Shown here: positions 36,914 to 49,420 of the stretch, one piece after another
Layout: each line of letters begins with the position of its first letter
Numbering within the stretch: the stretch's first letter is position 1
Assembly (NCBI GenBank): GCA_040954595.2
Contig: CM082579.2
Coordinates: 11,781,834-11,845,833, forward strand
DNA from: Balanoglossus misakiensis
Lineage: Eukaryota > Animalia > Hemichordata
DNA: 64,000 bases
Reading direction: 5' to 3'
Notes under the pieces: model-generated
The model's input: only the letters and a program-made list of their open reading frames with translations
Database searches by the model: none
What the model was told of the DNA's origin: nothing
Made by a program: the position numbers and the translations under genes

Positions 36914-38368
36914 TAATAATAATAATAATATTTATTTCTTACACGCACTACACATACGTCTCAGTGCGAGTTACAAAAAACGGTGATAAAAGAATCATAA
37001 AAGCAGCAGAAAAATTAAAAAGTCTCAGTTAAAATTCCTAATTAAAAGTCCGTCTAAAAAACCATACAGAAGATGATCCTAAAAATTCGATCACAAATAT
37101 GATTGAAAAGATGAGTTTTTAAACGGCGTTTAAAACAGTCAACAGATCTGGCGTTGCGAATCACAGGCGGCAGCGAATTCCACAGAGCAGGTGCACAAAC
37201 AGAGAATGCTCTCTGCCCATATGCCTTTATTAAAGTTTCCACGAGGTGGCACCAACCGCAAATAGTCAGCTGATCTGAGATCTCTGACAGGGGTGTAAAT
37301 TTCAAGCAAATCGATTAAATAAAGTGGTGCAAAGCGATGAATGGTTTTATAGGTAGTTAACAAAATTTTGAATTTGATGCGAGCATCACCCGGCAGCCAG
37401 TGCACATCAATGAGAACAGGTGTGATGTGATCGAACTTCCGAGTCCGGGAGACGAGACGAGCCGCAGCGTTTTGAAGTGATTGTAGGCGATCCAGCTGAG
37501 CCTTATTAATACCATACAGGAGACTATTACAATAATTAAGCTGAGACGTAATGAATGCATGGACCATCTTTTTCGTTGTATTTTTGTCCAATAATGGGCG
37601 GATCTTGCCAATTCTAGATAGTACGTAGAAACCTTTCCTGCAGACATGACTAATATGATCTGAAGCGGAACCGTCGTTGTTGAGCTTAACACCAAGATTG
37701 CGAACTGAAGTCGACGGGGCTATATCAAACTCGCCTATCCTAAGGCTGGAAATTTTCACCGCATCTGATCTCAGACGTGACGAAAACTGAATCACATCTG
37801 TCTTATTGTCATTAAGAATCAACATATTGGATCTCATCCACCTGCGAATTTCGTCTACGCATATCTCAAGAGGAACTTGAACTTCATCAGGTCTCTTGCA
37901 CACAACATAAATCTGCGAGTCATCGGCATACAACATGTAGTTGAAGTCATGCTTCACAATGATGTCTTCAAGAGGCGCTGTATGCAGTGTGAAGAGAATC
38001 GGTCCCAAAACAGAACCTTGGGGGACGCCATATGTCATATTTCAACTGGATGATGTAAATGAACCGATCTCTACACGCTGATTACGATTGCTGAGATAGG
38101 ATCTGAACCATGATAAAGCTTTACCAGTGATGCCAAAACGGAATTGAAGTCTGTGAAGGAGTATATCATGGTCCACCGTATCGAAGGCAGCAGACAAGTC
38201 CAACATGACAAGGAGAACATCTTTCTTTTCGTTGAGAGCGAGCATGATGTCATTATGCACACGCAGAAGGGCAGTCTCTGTGCTGTGGTGAGCGCGATAC
38301 GTACTTTGGAACTTGGTTAACAGTGAATGATTAGCCAGGTGAATGTTCAATTGCGAGGCAACAACTCG
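36914..38368 (-). mobile_element. 5'-truncated L2/CR1-group LINE inserted in the DIRS pol
   Basis: RT motifs [39 protein letters not shown]; (TTA)n tail at 36914-36930. Confidence 0.9.
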
Positions 38369-38887
38369 AACTGGGATAAGATGTTTTGCACTTTTCTGAG
38401 CAATACTACAAGCATTTGCCATCTGTCGAATATATAATCTAGCACACGGCAATGCCAATGAAAAGATAATGCACTTTCCCATTATTTTTTGCAACGTCCC
38501 TACATGGATCGCTCTATGTGATAAGGCGCTCCGTATCAAAACAAGAAATGCAGACTTTTTCTGTTCTTGGATTGCAAATGACCGTGTTTGGGTATCCACT
38601 ACCAACCCGAGCATAGTTAACAATCGAACGGGGCGAAGTACGCTTTTATCCAGGGAGATGAAATAGCCTGCCTTGATCGCAATTGAACATAAAATATATG
38701 CCGCCACTCGGGCCCTCCGGTAACTATCCCATTTAAATGAAATATCCCCCAATTTTGGCTTTAACGGACCCCCATGCCTATCATCAATATATTGTATGCA
38801 GGGTACCCCCAAAGACCTGGCGTAATGTGTAATACAGTATCCAATGGTATGGTATACGTACGCCGATAGTTTCCACCCAAATGGCAA
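38369..38887 (-). pseudogene. DIRS reverse transcriptase fragment
   Basis: PFGWKLSAYVY, QYIDDRH, AGYFISLDKS, LGLVVDT. Confidence 0.85.
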
Positions 38888-39844
38888 AGTATTATTTACT
38901 TACCATACCCCAGCCCATTGGAAACAAGCATAAGATAATCAACGTCCTCCGGTGGCGTGGCCAAGGAAAGTAAACTGTTTAGCATATGCGTCTAGGGGTA
39001 TATCCTGTCCTTATGAATCTTCATTACTAATTTACATAATGCGGAATAATCTCGCTGTGTGCTAAGGCTTTTAATATTCGTTGTGGTACGCGTACGTACT
39101 GTGGAGGGACCGCGGTGCAAGGGAACTACAATCATTCTTGATAAAAGTAGGCGAGAGACTGTTAAGGTAATGATATTCCATTGTTTACCAAAAATTTACA
39201 GAGCAGCAGATGCCACTCTTTAATTGCTCTCGGGAAAACACTGCCAAAGTCAAACTTACTAGGGGTTTAACTTTTGCCTGTAAATATCACAGAAATGACC
39301 CAGATATTATGTATATTTATCATACATGCAACGCCTGTATTTGGCACTTTCTATTGTTCTCGCCCCGAAGATATTTTACGGTATTACACTGAGCACGATA
39401 TTTTACGGTATTACACTCCGCGTCTCGAACAATTTTTGAGAACGCGCGGCACGACAGTTCGGTGCGCGTGCGAGCGACGTACGGGGCATAGGACGCTAGT
39501 GGAGAGGGGTGTTGTAAAATTCGGTTATTAGAAGCTGAAATAACGTTTTCAAAGCTGGCGGTTTTGCCATGTTGAATGAATCATTTTTACTTCTTCGAAA
39601 TTCTCAATGCGAAATAATTGTTAACATGATATTTTGAAAGAGAACGTAGACAAGTTTATTTAGAATGCGGATGTGCCCATCGTAATGAAAGCTGCCAACC
39701 CCCTTAAAATTATACTACGGCCCACACGTCATACGTCACAACATGGCTACTGCCGTGATCCCAGCGCCTGGTTCAAATTTGAAATTGTTTTTCTCGGCGC
39801 ATTTTCGCAAATCATACTGTTTTATAGGTAGGCATGTATGATAA

Positions 39845-41000
39845 AGGGGTTATTACACGGATTTTGGTCGATAACGCGACGCATTCTCGTGATGTCCGTA
39901 TTTCGACTCGTTGCGAAGCGCAACTCGTCAAAATACGGACATCACTCAAATACGACGCGTTATCGACCAAAATCCGTGTAATAACCCCTAAATATCGTAT
40001 GACTAACGAAGCGATATCCATAATATCAACCGAGGACGAAGTCCGAGGTTGATATTATGGATGACGCCGAGGTAGTCATACGATATTTAACAAACACAAC
40101 GAGTGAAAGGTGCAGGCCCCTCTACAAGTAAACACCCCTCAACCGACAATACAGTGTTTAAACATCTTTTGTATGGACCCTAAGCGGTTGATATCAGCCT
40201 AACTTTCAAAATGGTATGGTCCTACTTACGGAAAGTATTTAATTATTCAGCGTTTTGCACCTGGGATGCATATATTACCTAGTTCAACCAATTATTGTTT
40301 AGTAATAAGCTCACACGCAATGTTTCTTCCAATTGTATTGGCTGTGCATGTTTTACACATGCACAATGGCATATCTTATAATATAAATGCACGGCCACGA
40401 GGCACAATTTCTTTCTACCTGAACGTGTCATAGTGGCAGCATGGCGCATGAGGTGTATCCCGATTTTTCTGATATCTCTGATGAAGAGTTAATTGAAGCC
40501 TCACAAGCAGCAGAATATTTGAACGAGCTTGGCTTCGAAAATATGGATATAGCAGTCAGCAGCATTCCTTCGGTGAGTCACGAATTCTTTTATTCATTCC
40601 GCCATTTTCACCTTTTTATCGTGTACGTTGTCGTTGAACATGCAAGTAAGAATGTATATTGAATCATTTTTTATTTCGTTAAAGGACATTCCCAGAGGGC
40701 GGTTTGCTGACCCAGTGTCGGATTCCTGCGTACAGGGGGTTGCAAAAAATTCCATTCCCAAGAATACTCAACGCCGTAATATGTGGGCGCTACGGACTTT
40801 CAACGAATGGGCCATGGCCCGAAATGTTACATTTTGTAGTTTTGTCTGCATTTTTATTTGGAGGTAGGTCGTGATATTGTCTCGAGGCGTAGCCGAGAGT
40901 CAATATCACGACCGTACCGCCAAATATTCATTTTCGAGGCATGATGGCTGAAATATCACGAGACGAAGTCGAGTGAAATTTCTGCTATCATGCCGAGAGT
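39845..41000 (+). mobile_element. Internally deleted Crypton-like element with terminal hairpin clusters
   Basis: Hairpins at 39845-39989, 39990-40088, 40858-40923 and 40934-40998 flank a coding remnant. Confidence 0.65.
40441..40830 (+). pseudogene. N-terminal fragment of a Crypton-type tyrosine recombinase (two exons, ~40441-40573 and ~40685-40830)
   Basis: RFADPVSD..SIPKNTQRRNMWALRTFNEWAMARN resembles the N-terminal region of Crypton and KCTD1/ZMYM-type proteins. The catalytic part is absent. Confidence 0.65.
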
Positions 41001-41169
41001 TCAATAGGTTGATATCACCCCACCCCAAAAATATCACCTCAAAATGAGGTTGCTCTCTAAAATATCAACCGCTAAATCTATTGTATTATCTGTGACGAGT
41101 TGTGTATGTGATATATTCTGTCCTTTTGTTTCAATTTACGACTGAGGTTACTATAAACATGTTACGGCG

Positions 41170-42670
41170 CTTCTACATTTAATCGTACGAGAAGTGGAAG
41201 GAGGCAGTACAAAAGCTTGCACATCAAGGCCGCAAGAATGACATAAACCTCATAAGAGAGGGGAAAAGATTCATCAACCAGATTTTGTGAAAATAACCTT
41301 GCTGTGCGCAAGGTGAAAGGAACCTTTGATAGCAACATCACTGATGATGACAAACCAAAACGATGTGACTTTGATCCCCGAGCTGTGATTTATCAACAAG
41401 AAAAGACATAAACTGATTTTAACTTAGAAAAGTTATCTGAAATTACAAATAGTAACCGTGGTGTTTAATTGTAAGCCACAGGATATCCATATGCCACTCA
41501 AAATACTGATGCATTTGATACAGATGAAATTGTCCCATTGATATCACAAGAAACTATTAAAGCAAATTCTGATATAACAGTGAAAGAATTTGAAGAAAAG
41601 TTGATGTGTAGACTTGGTAACATTGATGAAGATACGATTACAAGAATTTCTGTTGGGACAATTAAAGTAAGAGAAGGTCGCATCACTGCATCAGAGGTTT
41701 TTTGAATGTATTCGTGAAGTTGGAAATGATGGGAATGATGGGAATGGTTCTGTGATGGGGTATGCAGAAACATACGAATCAAAAGAAATGCAATCGGAGA
41801 AAAGAATGGAGAGAGCAAGCATCAACCATTTCATTGCAGTAGATAAAAAAGAACCATAGACAACTCAGTGTACAAGATACTGGATTTCATATATCTGAGG
41901 ATTTCCCAATCATTGGTTCCTGACCTGATGGTCTTGTTGAGTGTGAGTGTTGTGATAAAGGTGTTCTGGAAGTAACAAATCCTTATACATCTTTCAACAC
42001 AACAAATAGCAGATGAAAAACAGACTTGTCTTATCAAAACAGGTGATAATGTAAAATTCAATCCCAAACACTCATATTATGCCCAGTTGCAGTGTGAAAT
42101 ATTTGCAACGAAGAGAAATTATGCAAAACTTGTCCTGAGATCTTGTGCAAAACAAAACAATACACATATTGAGACAGTCCATCATGATAACATTATAACA
42201 TCAATGGTTGTGAAATGTAGTCTTTTACAGTGTTGTTATTGTACCTGAGCTGTATGACACCGAGGTTAAGCATATCTGTAATGTGAAAATGGTGCAAAAA
42301 GTTGTAAATAGCATTGTAAATGAATCGGTCGTCTTGCTTGTCGTGTGAGCACCAGGGTTATGTCGATGTTGATGCAGAGACGACAGCAAAATCTAGTGAT
42401 CCTTCCATTAATGACAAAGAGTGTAAGGAACTATCTGTAATTGATCAACCAGTTCTGGCAACAGATGGAGGCAATAATGTTCACGTAGGATCTGTAGATG
42501 TTTTGTGTGTAATCTGTAAATCTCTATGTTTAGAGGAACCTTCTTCAGATAGTGAACGAAGTATTTGTTGTGATGGCTACGAAAAGTGGTTTCACTTTGT
42601 GTTGAAGTAACTGGAAATGAACGATTTCTCAATATGTAATGCACATGGTACTGTTCATATTGCATCCAAT
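41170..42670 (+). pseudogene. Second, heavily degraded YqaJ-PHD gene
   Basis: DFDPRAV..DFNLEKL (cf. RYDPRAV..DFDLDSL at ~35000), GRITAS, PDGLVECECC..LEV, YYAQLQ, and a PHD CVIC..CDG..WFH; many stops and frameshifts. Confidence 0.75.
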
Positions 42671-43682
42671 CTAAAACATAAATGAAAATGACCATTTTTA
42701 AAATCAATTACATCCATGTTATGGACTCTCTTTAAGAGTATTGTTGTCTGATCTAGAGATATGCATGCTTTAGCATTGTGTGTTCATACAGCTGAAAACA
42801 GAAAAGGTGACCACTTTGCTTGTCTGATACGCCCATTTCATTGTCCAGTTCACTCAAGTTGTGAAGATAACACTGCAGGCGAAAGGAATCTGTTCTTTAT
42901 AGTGTTAGTTACTTGGCTACAGGTCTTTCCAATTTTGTATGTCCTGTCTGGTAAAATCTCAATGGTTGCGAGAAATCTGCAAGATATTGAATTCTTGCAG
43001 TCAGTCGCGAGAAAATAGTGTACCCACTTTGCATCTGTACTCTTTTCCGGACTTTCACATTGGCTACCCCTGGTTGACTGTGAGAATTAAATTTCTCGCA
43101 GATGCAGAGCGAGAAAAGTTAATTCTCGCTGACCTATTGCGAGGAGGATTGTGTTGTCGCAAGGTTCTCGCGGAACAGCAAGAAAGTGTCCATTCCTCGC
43201 CATTTTCTCGCACAACGACTATTATTATTACAAATTCTACGATTTAGTATTCTAGGGCACCACTAGCTGGAGAAACGATAGGCGGTCTAATCTCCACAAC
43301 GTTGTTTCTTGAGTCACTGGACTCACTTTTATTCAAGAACTAGATTAGCTACCCTTACTTTATATTCCGCTCTACTTTAGTATCGAGCACTTTGTATCGG
43401 ACCAGTCGAACCGCATACTTCGTATTACATACATACATGATCATGTACTATAGGCTATGTAATTAATGGCATGTAGTGTCGCTTCTGGCGTGAGATAATG
43501 GCTCTTTCATCAAACCACTTTTAACGTTTTAGAGAAACAACAAAACGTGGGTGTCCTGAAGCAAGCATGCGAAATACTCGTATTTTATTACGTTATTCAT
43601 ATTCATGAACCAATCTTCGCTGTGAAATCGCGAGGTGCTTGTAATCAGTATTTGTGCGAACACCACCACAACCAAAACAACG

Positions 43683-46607
43683 ATGAACTCGGTCGTCCCA
43701 TTCGGAAACACAGAGGATAGAGTAAAGGTATGGGCAACTCTTAACAAAGAAATGACCATGTCATAGATTAGTTTGAAATGACGTTGAGGCATTTACATTT
43801 TCAATTTATACGGGTAACGTTCGATTGATGTGATACATGAGTGAGGAAAATTACAGCCTGTTAATAACAGGTTTAACATTAATTCGTGTTGTGTTATTTA
43901 CACTGCATTACAAAAAGTGAGAATTGTTTTTTTATGATTTAGAAAGAAGAAGAAGAAGAAAGAAGACGGAAACGAATCTTCTTGTTGGTTATCCTGATGT
44001 CAGCTGGCCTAATCGCTGCAACTGCTCTTTTTTCAACTGCCGCTTTGTTATCGGTATATTCTGGAACTAAATCTACAAATATCGACACGGAAGAAACACC
44101 TGTCAATCTTCCATGCAACGTCGATGCAGGTACGTGTACTGTTAATTTATCCGTGCTTTGCTATGATAATATTCGACTCAGTACAGATTGTTGTTTGGGT
44201 GGGAATAGGGCCATTGTATGTGTTTCTTCAACACTATCTTGTGGGAATGCATGCAGAAGGAGACTTGTTAAGTGTTGGTTTGTACATGTTGTTGGTTTTA
44301 ATTTGTGGAAACTCCTCACAATGAGTGGTAGTGGATGGATGGGATGGATGGACGGTTGGATGGATGGATTGGTGGATGGATGGATGGATGGATGGATGGA
44401 TGGATGGATGGCGAGATGGATGCATGCATGCATGCATGCATGATAACTATAAATATATTTCTTCTGACACCCGCCGGTGCGGTGGCCAATCCTGCCGTCA
44501 TCGCAACCTCCACTTCTATTATAGTGAACGACACTTGTACCGAATTTCCAAATACCGAAACAGGGGGAATGTCTGACAACCCGGAAGATGACGTCACTGC
44601 AGGTATGGATGCTGTCAGTTCCTGTGTGTTGCATGCAGGCGATGTCTTATTAGTCATTAGTCCTGATCAAAATTCTTCCATGTCATCAACTCTCGTCTAG
44701 CCCTTGCACACAAAAATCCTATTCAAATGCTAACATCACCCAGAATTCCCGTGACGCGCTTCCAATCGTACAACACAATCCTCAGATTCCTCTGTCCTAC
44801 TTCAGTATGACAATAATACCCGCGAGTTTCGAGTCTTTTAGCGACCCGCCCTAATCTGAATAGCTCTTAAACGTCATCGATACCACGCATGTTTTGTTCA
44901 GCCCCTATAAACCTGCAAGGGTAGACATGAACAGTAATAATAACCTTAAGAGTGTGAGAACAAATGACGTTTTGTTCAGAACTTTGTCGATAGATTTTTT
45001 TCTAACAGTGTAGCGATTTTACTATAGATACGAGGATTAACACGCACCAGTGTAGTTTTCATATTGGATTGGTTATCTTGCATCGCTTGAAGATAAACAT
45101 TTAACGGTCGGTCTGTTTTTGTACGACACATTTTAGGCCCTGAGATTAACACCTGTGATGTGAATAACGGAGGCTGCCAACATATTTGTAATCAAGAAAG
45201 TCCGTCCCAAGTCAACTGTTCTTGTAATGCGAGTTACGAGCTCGGAGATGACGGCCAATCATGCCAGTTGATTTGTCAAATATTTCCGGGTGAGAATTAA
45301 TGTCAATCATTATTTGTAGACACTGGAATACAAAGTTAGTATTAATCTTAGCACATATTTAATAGAATACAAGACTTTTGGTAAATTAGTATGAACACCG
45401 CATCTGAGATTTCCAGGACTACCTCTGATTTTTGGACACAATTTGTTTTTGCAGATCAACAACCGTACACAACTGTCGTGTACTGTAAGCGATACGTACT
45501 GTACACGGAGGCGACGACATGGGAAGTGGCGAAGACTAACTGTCAAAACTCCGGCGGCATTTTCTGGAGCATCAGAAACCGAGTGGCCGAGCAGTGCGTG
45601 ATCGATCTAATCAGAGCGACTCTGGATGAAAGCACCCGGATCGGGTTGTTCAACAGCGGCGACAGAGGCACGGTTATTGGGGATTACCAATGGGTCGATG
45701 GTGGAGACTTTTTGGGCCCGTCTAAATATCAACGCTGGTCGGATGGGAATCCGACCGCCTATCAGTACTGTGGACAGCTCTGGTATGAAGCACTTTCATT
45801 AAAGAGGCTATTAACTGTAACTTTTCAGCTTTTTTTCTCCCAAAACTAGAAAATTAGCAATATTGTAACTTCGGGGCGGTGTCTGCCATGTTGCGTTCAA
45901 ATCGGTTTCTCTTCTTTTACTAATTACGTGGAGGACTATCGTTCTTACATGTCTTTACAAAGAATACACACTGGTTATACTAAAAGTATTGAACTTCAGG
46001 AAAACCTTATTGAACTTCAGGAAAACCTTCCTATTTATTTCAATGGGGAAATCATGTATCGTGTTCAATTGACATGCGTGCGGAGAGTTTGAGTCGAAAT
46101 TCTCTTGTAATATTTCTGTTTTAGGAATAGCAGTAACTACCGTTGGGACAATCTTGAATGTTGGAGCAGACGTGCATATGTATGTCAATACCAAGGTATT
46201 TTGTTTTTTTACCAATCTGGGTTTGTATGCATGCTTGCATGCTTTTCCTTTCTCTCGATTTGACCAGCATGCGACACAACATTCACAAAAAGCGCACAGA
46301 ATTTCTCCCTCTTTTTTAATCCCTTCTGCCCCATTTCCCTCTTTAGAAGCCCAACCATGCATAGAAAACAATGGGTTTGGACTGAACCATTCTGGTGAAA
46401 GGGTTGACATGTATTGGGATGTGCAATGATTTGTGTTTACGTATGTCAGTGAATGTCAAGTACACACTGTCGAGTGCACGATTTAACAGGCGCCTGGAAC
46501 TGACGAATCTCACAAACACGTGGGAATGCGGATTTTTCCCACAACCGTCTCAATTCCTTGTAAAATTAGAAGCGGTGTCAAATGTACAATGTCTGATAAA
46601 GAAATAA
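43683..46607 (+). CDS. Type II membrane EGF/C-type lectin protein, copy 1; exons 43683-43727, 43943-44129, (44474-44602, acceptor lost), 45137-45289, 45455-45782, 46490-46607
   Basis: Phase-compatible GT-AG introns; RRRKR followed by a hydrophobic helix; [22 protein letters not shown]; [26 protein letters not shown]. Confidence 0.78.
44333..44442. repeat. (GGAT)n / (TGCA)n microsatellite
   Basis: Seen directly. Confidence 0.9.
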
Positions 46608-46822
46608 ATTCCTTAACGGCCTAGTCAGGGTTTGAATTGGACAAATACAAACACCACATCAGTTTGTGCCTCAAAATCAACACATTCATATCAGAATTAC
46701 GCCTTCTGGTGGCGAAAACCTGTTAATTTTTGTATTACAAGTACTACTATTACAATTTTGGGGTCTGCAGAATTAAAAACAATGACCTGTTGATTATTAT
46801 AGAGTTGTATGAATGTAGAAAA

Positions 46823-46912
46823 ATCGCGTCAAGGACACGGTTGTCCCATTGAGTTATTACACAAGAAAGAGTCTACACCGGGGTACATGGCCATATACAG
46901 ACAGACAGACAG

Positions 46913-46944
<32 letters not shown>

Positions 46945-47426
46945 CGAGCGATCAATGGGCAAGCACTGACTGAACCATAAGCTGCCAATGGCATATGCAC
47001 TGTACATACACTAAAAAGAGCAGCTGGCCTCTTTAAAACTTAGCCAGTTATGTAATCATTCAGAAATTTGCTTTGTATATCAATCACACCAGGGAACTTC
47101 CTGCCTAATTAAAACAACTCAATGAAGTGAATGCACACCATTTTGCAAAGCAATCTGACCAGTAGTTCTTGAGTTACTGAGTTTTGACCAAATTCACATT
47201 TTTCAGCTAATTTGCATATTTTGGGCGATGACACCTTCATTTGAACAGACTCCCATCTACAGCCCAGCCTGCATCTGCACTAAAAATATCAAGGTGATAC
47301 TGGCAGCAGTTTTCAAGTTTTTGATGTGGACGGACATACAGACATACATCCATCCATCCATACATCCATCCATACATACAGACGCAACCGATCCCATAAG
47401 GTACCATGGTGTATACCAATGGGACC
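46823..47426. mobile_element. Insertion specific to copy 1, HINE/DINE-like
   Basis: Absent from copy 2 (gtagaaaaacagtt at ~54081). Contains (CAGA)n/(CA)n/(CATC)n tracts and a terminal hairpin tcccat..ggta..tacc..atggga, inserted in an A run. Confidence 0.55.
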
Positions 47427-49420
47427 TAAAACAGTTTTGACGGTCACCTGAAAAGCACTATGATAAACTGTAGCAGCGAATTCCTTCTCTTTGTCATTTG
47501 TTCATTTATTTCTTCTTTCCTATACAGATTGTTTAAACGATTAATCCTGTGTGTGGGAGACAACGCCAGGAACTTCCTTGTGACGTACACAAAAACTCAT
47601 GTGTTTGGAAAAGTTTTATTGTCTTAAAATTATCATATTTTGTACAAGTTTCACAACTTTCCAATGAAAGGTCATCATATAGTAACCAGACGTTTTCATT
47701 AACTATAAAATCATATTATTACAACGTGCTGTCAATGGACATTCTTAGTCATGGTATCCTGATAGTGACAGCACATGATAAAAAGCTGAAGGGGGGGGGG
47801 GTAATATTTCATTAAATTTTGAATTGGGGAGTGCACCCCTTCTGGCTTAAACTCTACCTAATTCAAAACCAAAAACTTACTAACCGGATTCTAAATCACT
47901 GTGACATACCAGATCATGCAAATATGGGACAATCATACATAAAAAGTGGGACATATACCCGTTTAGTTCTTCTGTGCAAGTCCCCTCAATTTGAAATGAT
48001 TCTATTACTCCTTGAGTTTTAAATTCATGTTTAGATATATGAATATGTGCACATGGTAAGAGCATGTTTTTCAGAAAATACAATACGTGCTCCAAGAAAG
48101 AATGATTTGTCTACAATTGGACTGTGTAATTTTGCCACCAAGTCCGTATGTCTCTCCGTGATTAAACAACTTCTTCCACATGTCACTGAAATCATGTATC
48201 AAGCCTTTGACGAAAGACTTTGCTCCCTTTTATGCAAAAACCAAACAGAGTATCTACTTGGACCTAAAAGTTTCCCTAGCTTTGTCTATTTGTTCTATTG
48301 TTGGTATACCCTCGGGAAGATCTAGCAGCGATATCTCTTTTTTCAGTACACTCTCCGCCTCATCTGAAATACAGGGGGAAATTGTATTTTGGTTTTTGAA
48401 TTTGCAGCTAAGATGCCAATGTTCCTCGACCAGAAAAAAACTGGAGCTTTGTAACTACAGCACATGTACATGTATATGAGAAACCAACTTCTGCAACTGC
48501 ACTACAACATAGCTGCACACTAAGTTTTGATATGTTATCTAATAAAACTGTACTTGACTGAATCTCGTCATCTGTTTTTCTCTTTTGTTTTCTTCATCAC
48601 ACACACTTACATCTATTGCTGTTCGTACTGTATGACAGCTTACCTTTCACCCTTACTAGCTTGGTTCCATACGCCAAGTCATATTGATAACCAAGTATGA
48701 AGGTCAAAGGCACTAGCGGGGCAATGAAGCCAGCAGTTTTAGTCTTTAAAGCCCTAGTGGAACAAACAAAAAACCTCAGTAAGGATATTTAAATGAACTA
48801 ATTTTATTTGAAAGTAAATTTATGAAGATAATACTACAAGGTGCCCGCTCATGAACCTTGAATTCTCAGTGTCCCAGCTGTGCACGGAACAGCAAAGGGA
48901 CATTGAGCCAACCCCTGTATAATCCTTCGCTGGCTTCACATATTGTTTATTCCATGCCCTTAATGGTAATACAGCTGAAAAGGGGAGGCAGTGAATTTGA
49001 AAGCCAACAAAGTGCTTTTGCTTGTTGTGTGTGACACCCCCTGTGGCATTTCACACAATCTCTGGCACACTCAAATCCAGTCGGCTGTGATTGCTTGATT
49101 GTCATGTCCAAGACTTTCGCTGCATGGTCTTCGCACATTGGTGTACAGTGCCCACACTTTGTGTTACAGAGAATGTAATTGGTCCGGCGTCATGACTGAC
49201 AAGAATTTTGTTCCAAAAGAAACAAATGGATGAAAGTCTGGTTTAGAATTATCAGTCAAATAAATTATTTTGTATCCGTGAGTGAGTCCAGTGACTCAAG
49301 AAACTGCGTTCTAGAGATTACACCGCCTATCGTTTCTCCAGCTACCCTTACTTTATATTATATTTAGTATCGAGCACTTTGTATCGGACCAGTCGAACCG
49401 CATACTTCGTATACATACAT

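Larger units (their letters stand above)
35334..38940 (-). mobile_element. Truncated DIRS-type tyrosine-recombinase retrotransposon
   Basis: Order on the minus strand: RT (LPFG..YIDD), RNase H (IYTDSS at ~36820), methyltransferase motif (YVYPPF), then ALOG-like plus YR ORF. Confidence 0.85.

Noticed and set aside
44124-44700. Overlapping ORFs rich in MDGW / HPSI
   Set aside because: Translations of the (GGAT)n microsatellite.
47549-48479. Short ORFs repeated at 54118-55134
   Set aside because: Conserved only because of the recent tandem duplication; no domain motifs or exon structure recognised.
49190-49245. Hammerhead ribozyme-like motif (ctgacaag...gaaa)
   Set aside because: The core deviates from CTGANGA and I could not build all three stems.
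43263-49344. Pack-type transposon with TAG TIRs capturing the lectin gene
   Set aside because: No TSD, and the inverted segment occupies the homologous position in each tandem unit, which fits a local inversion better.
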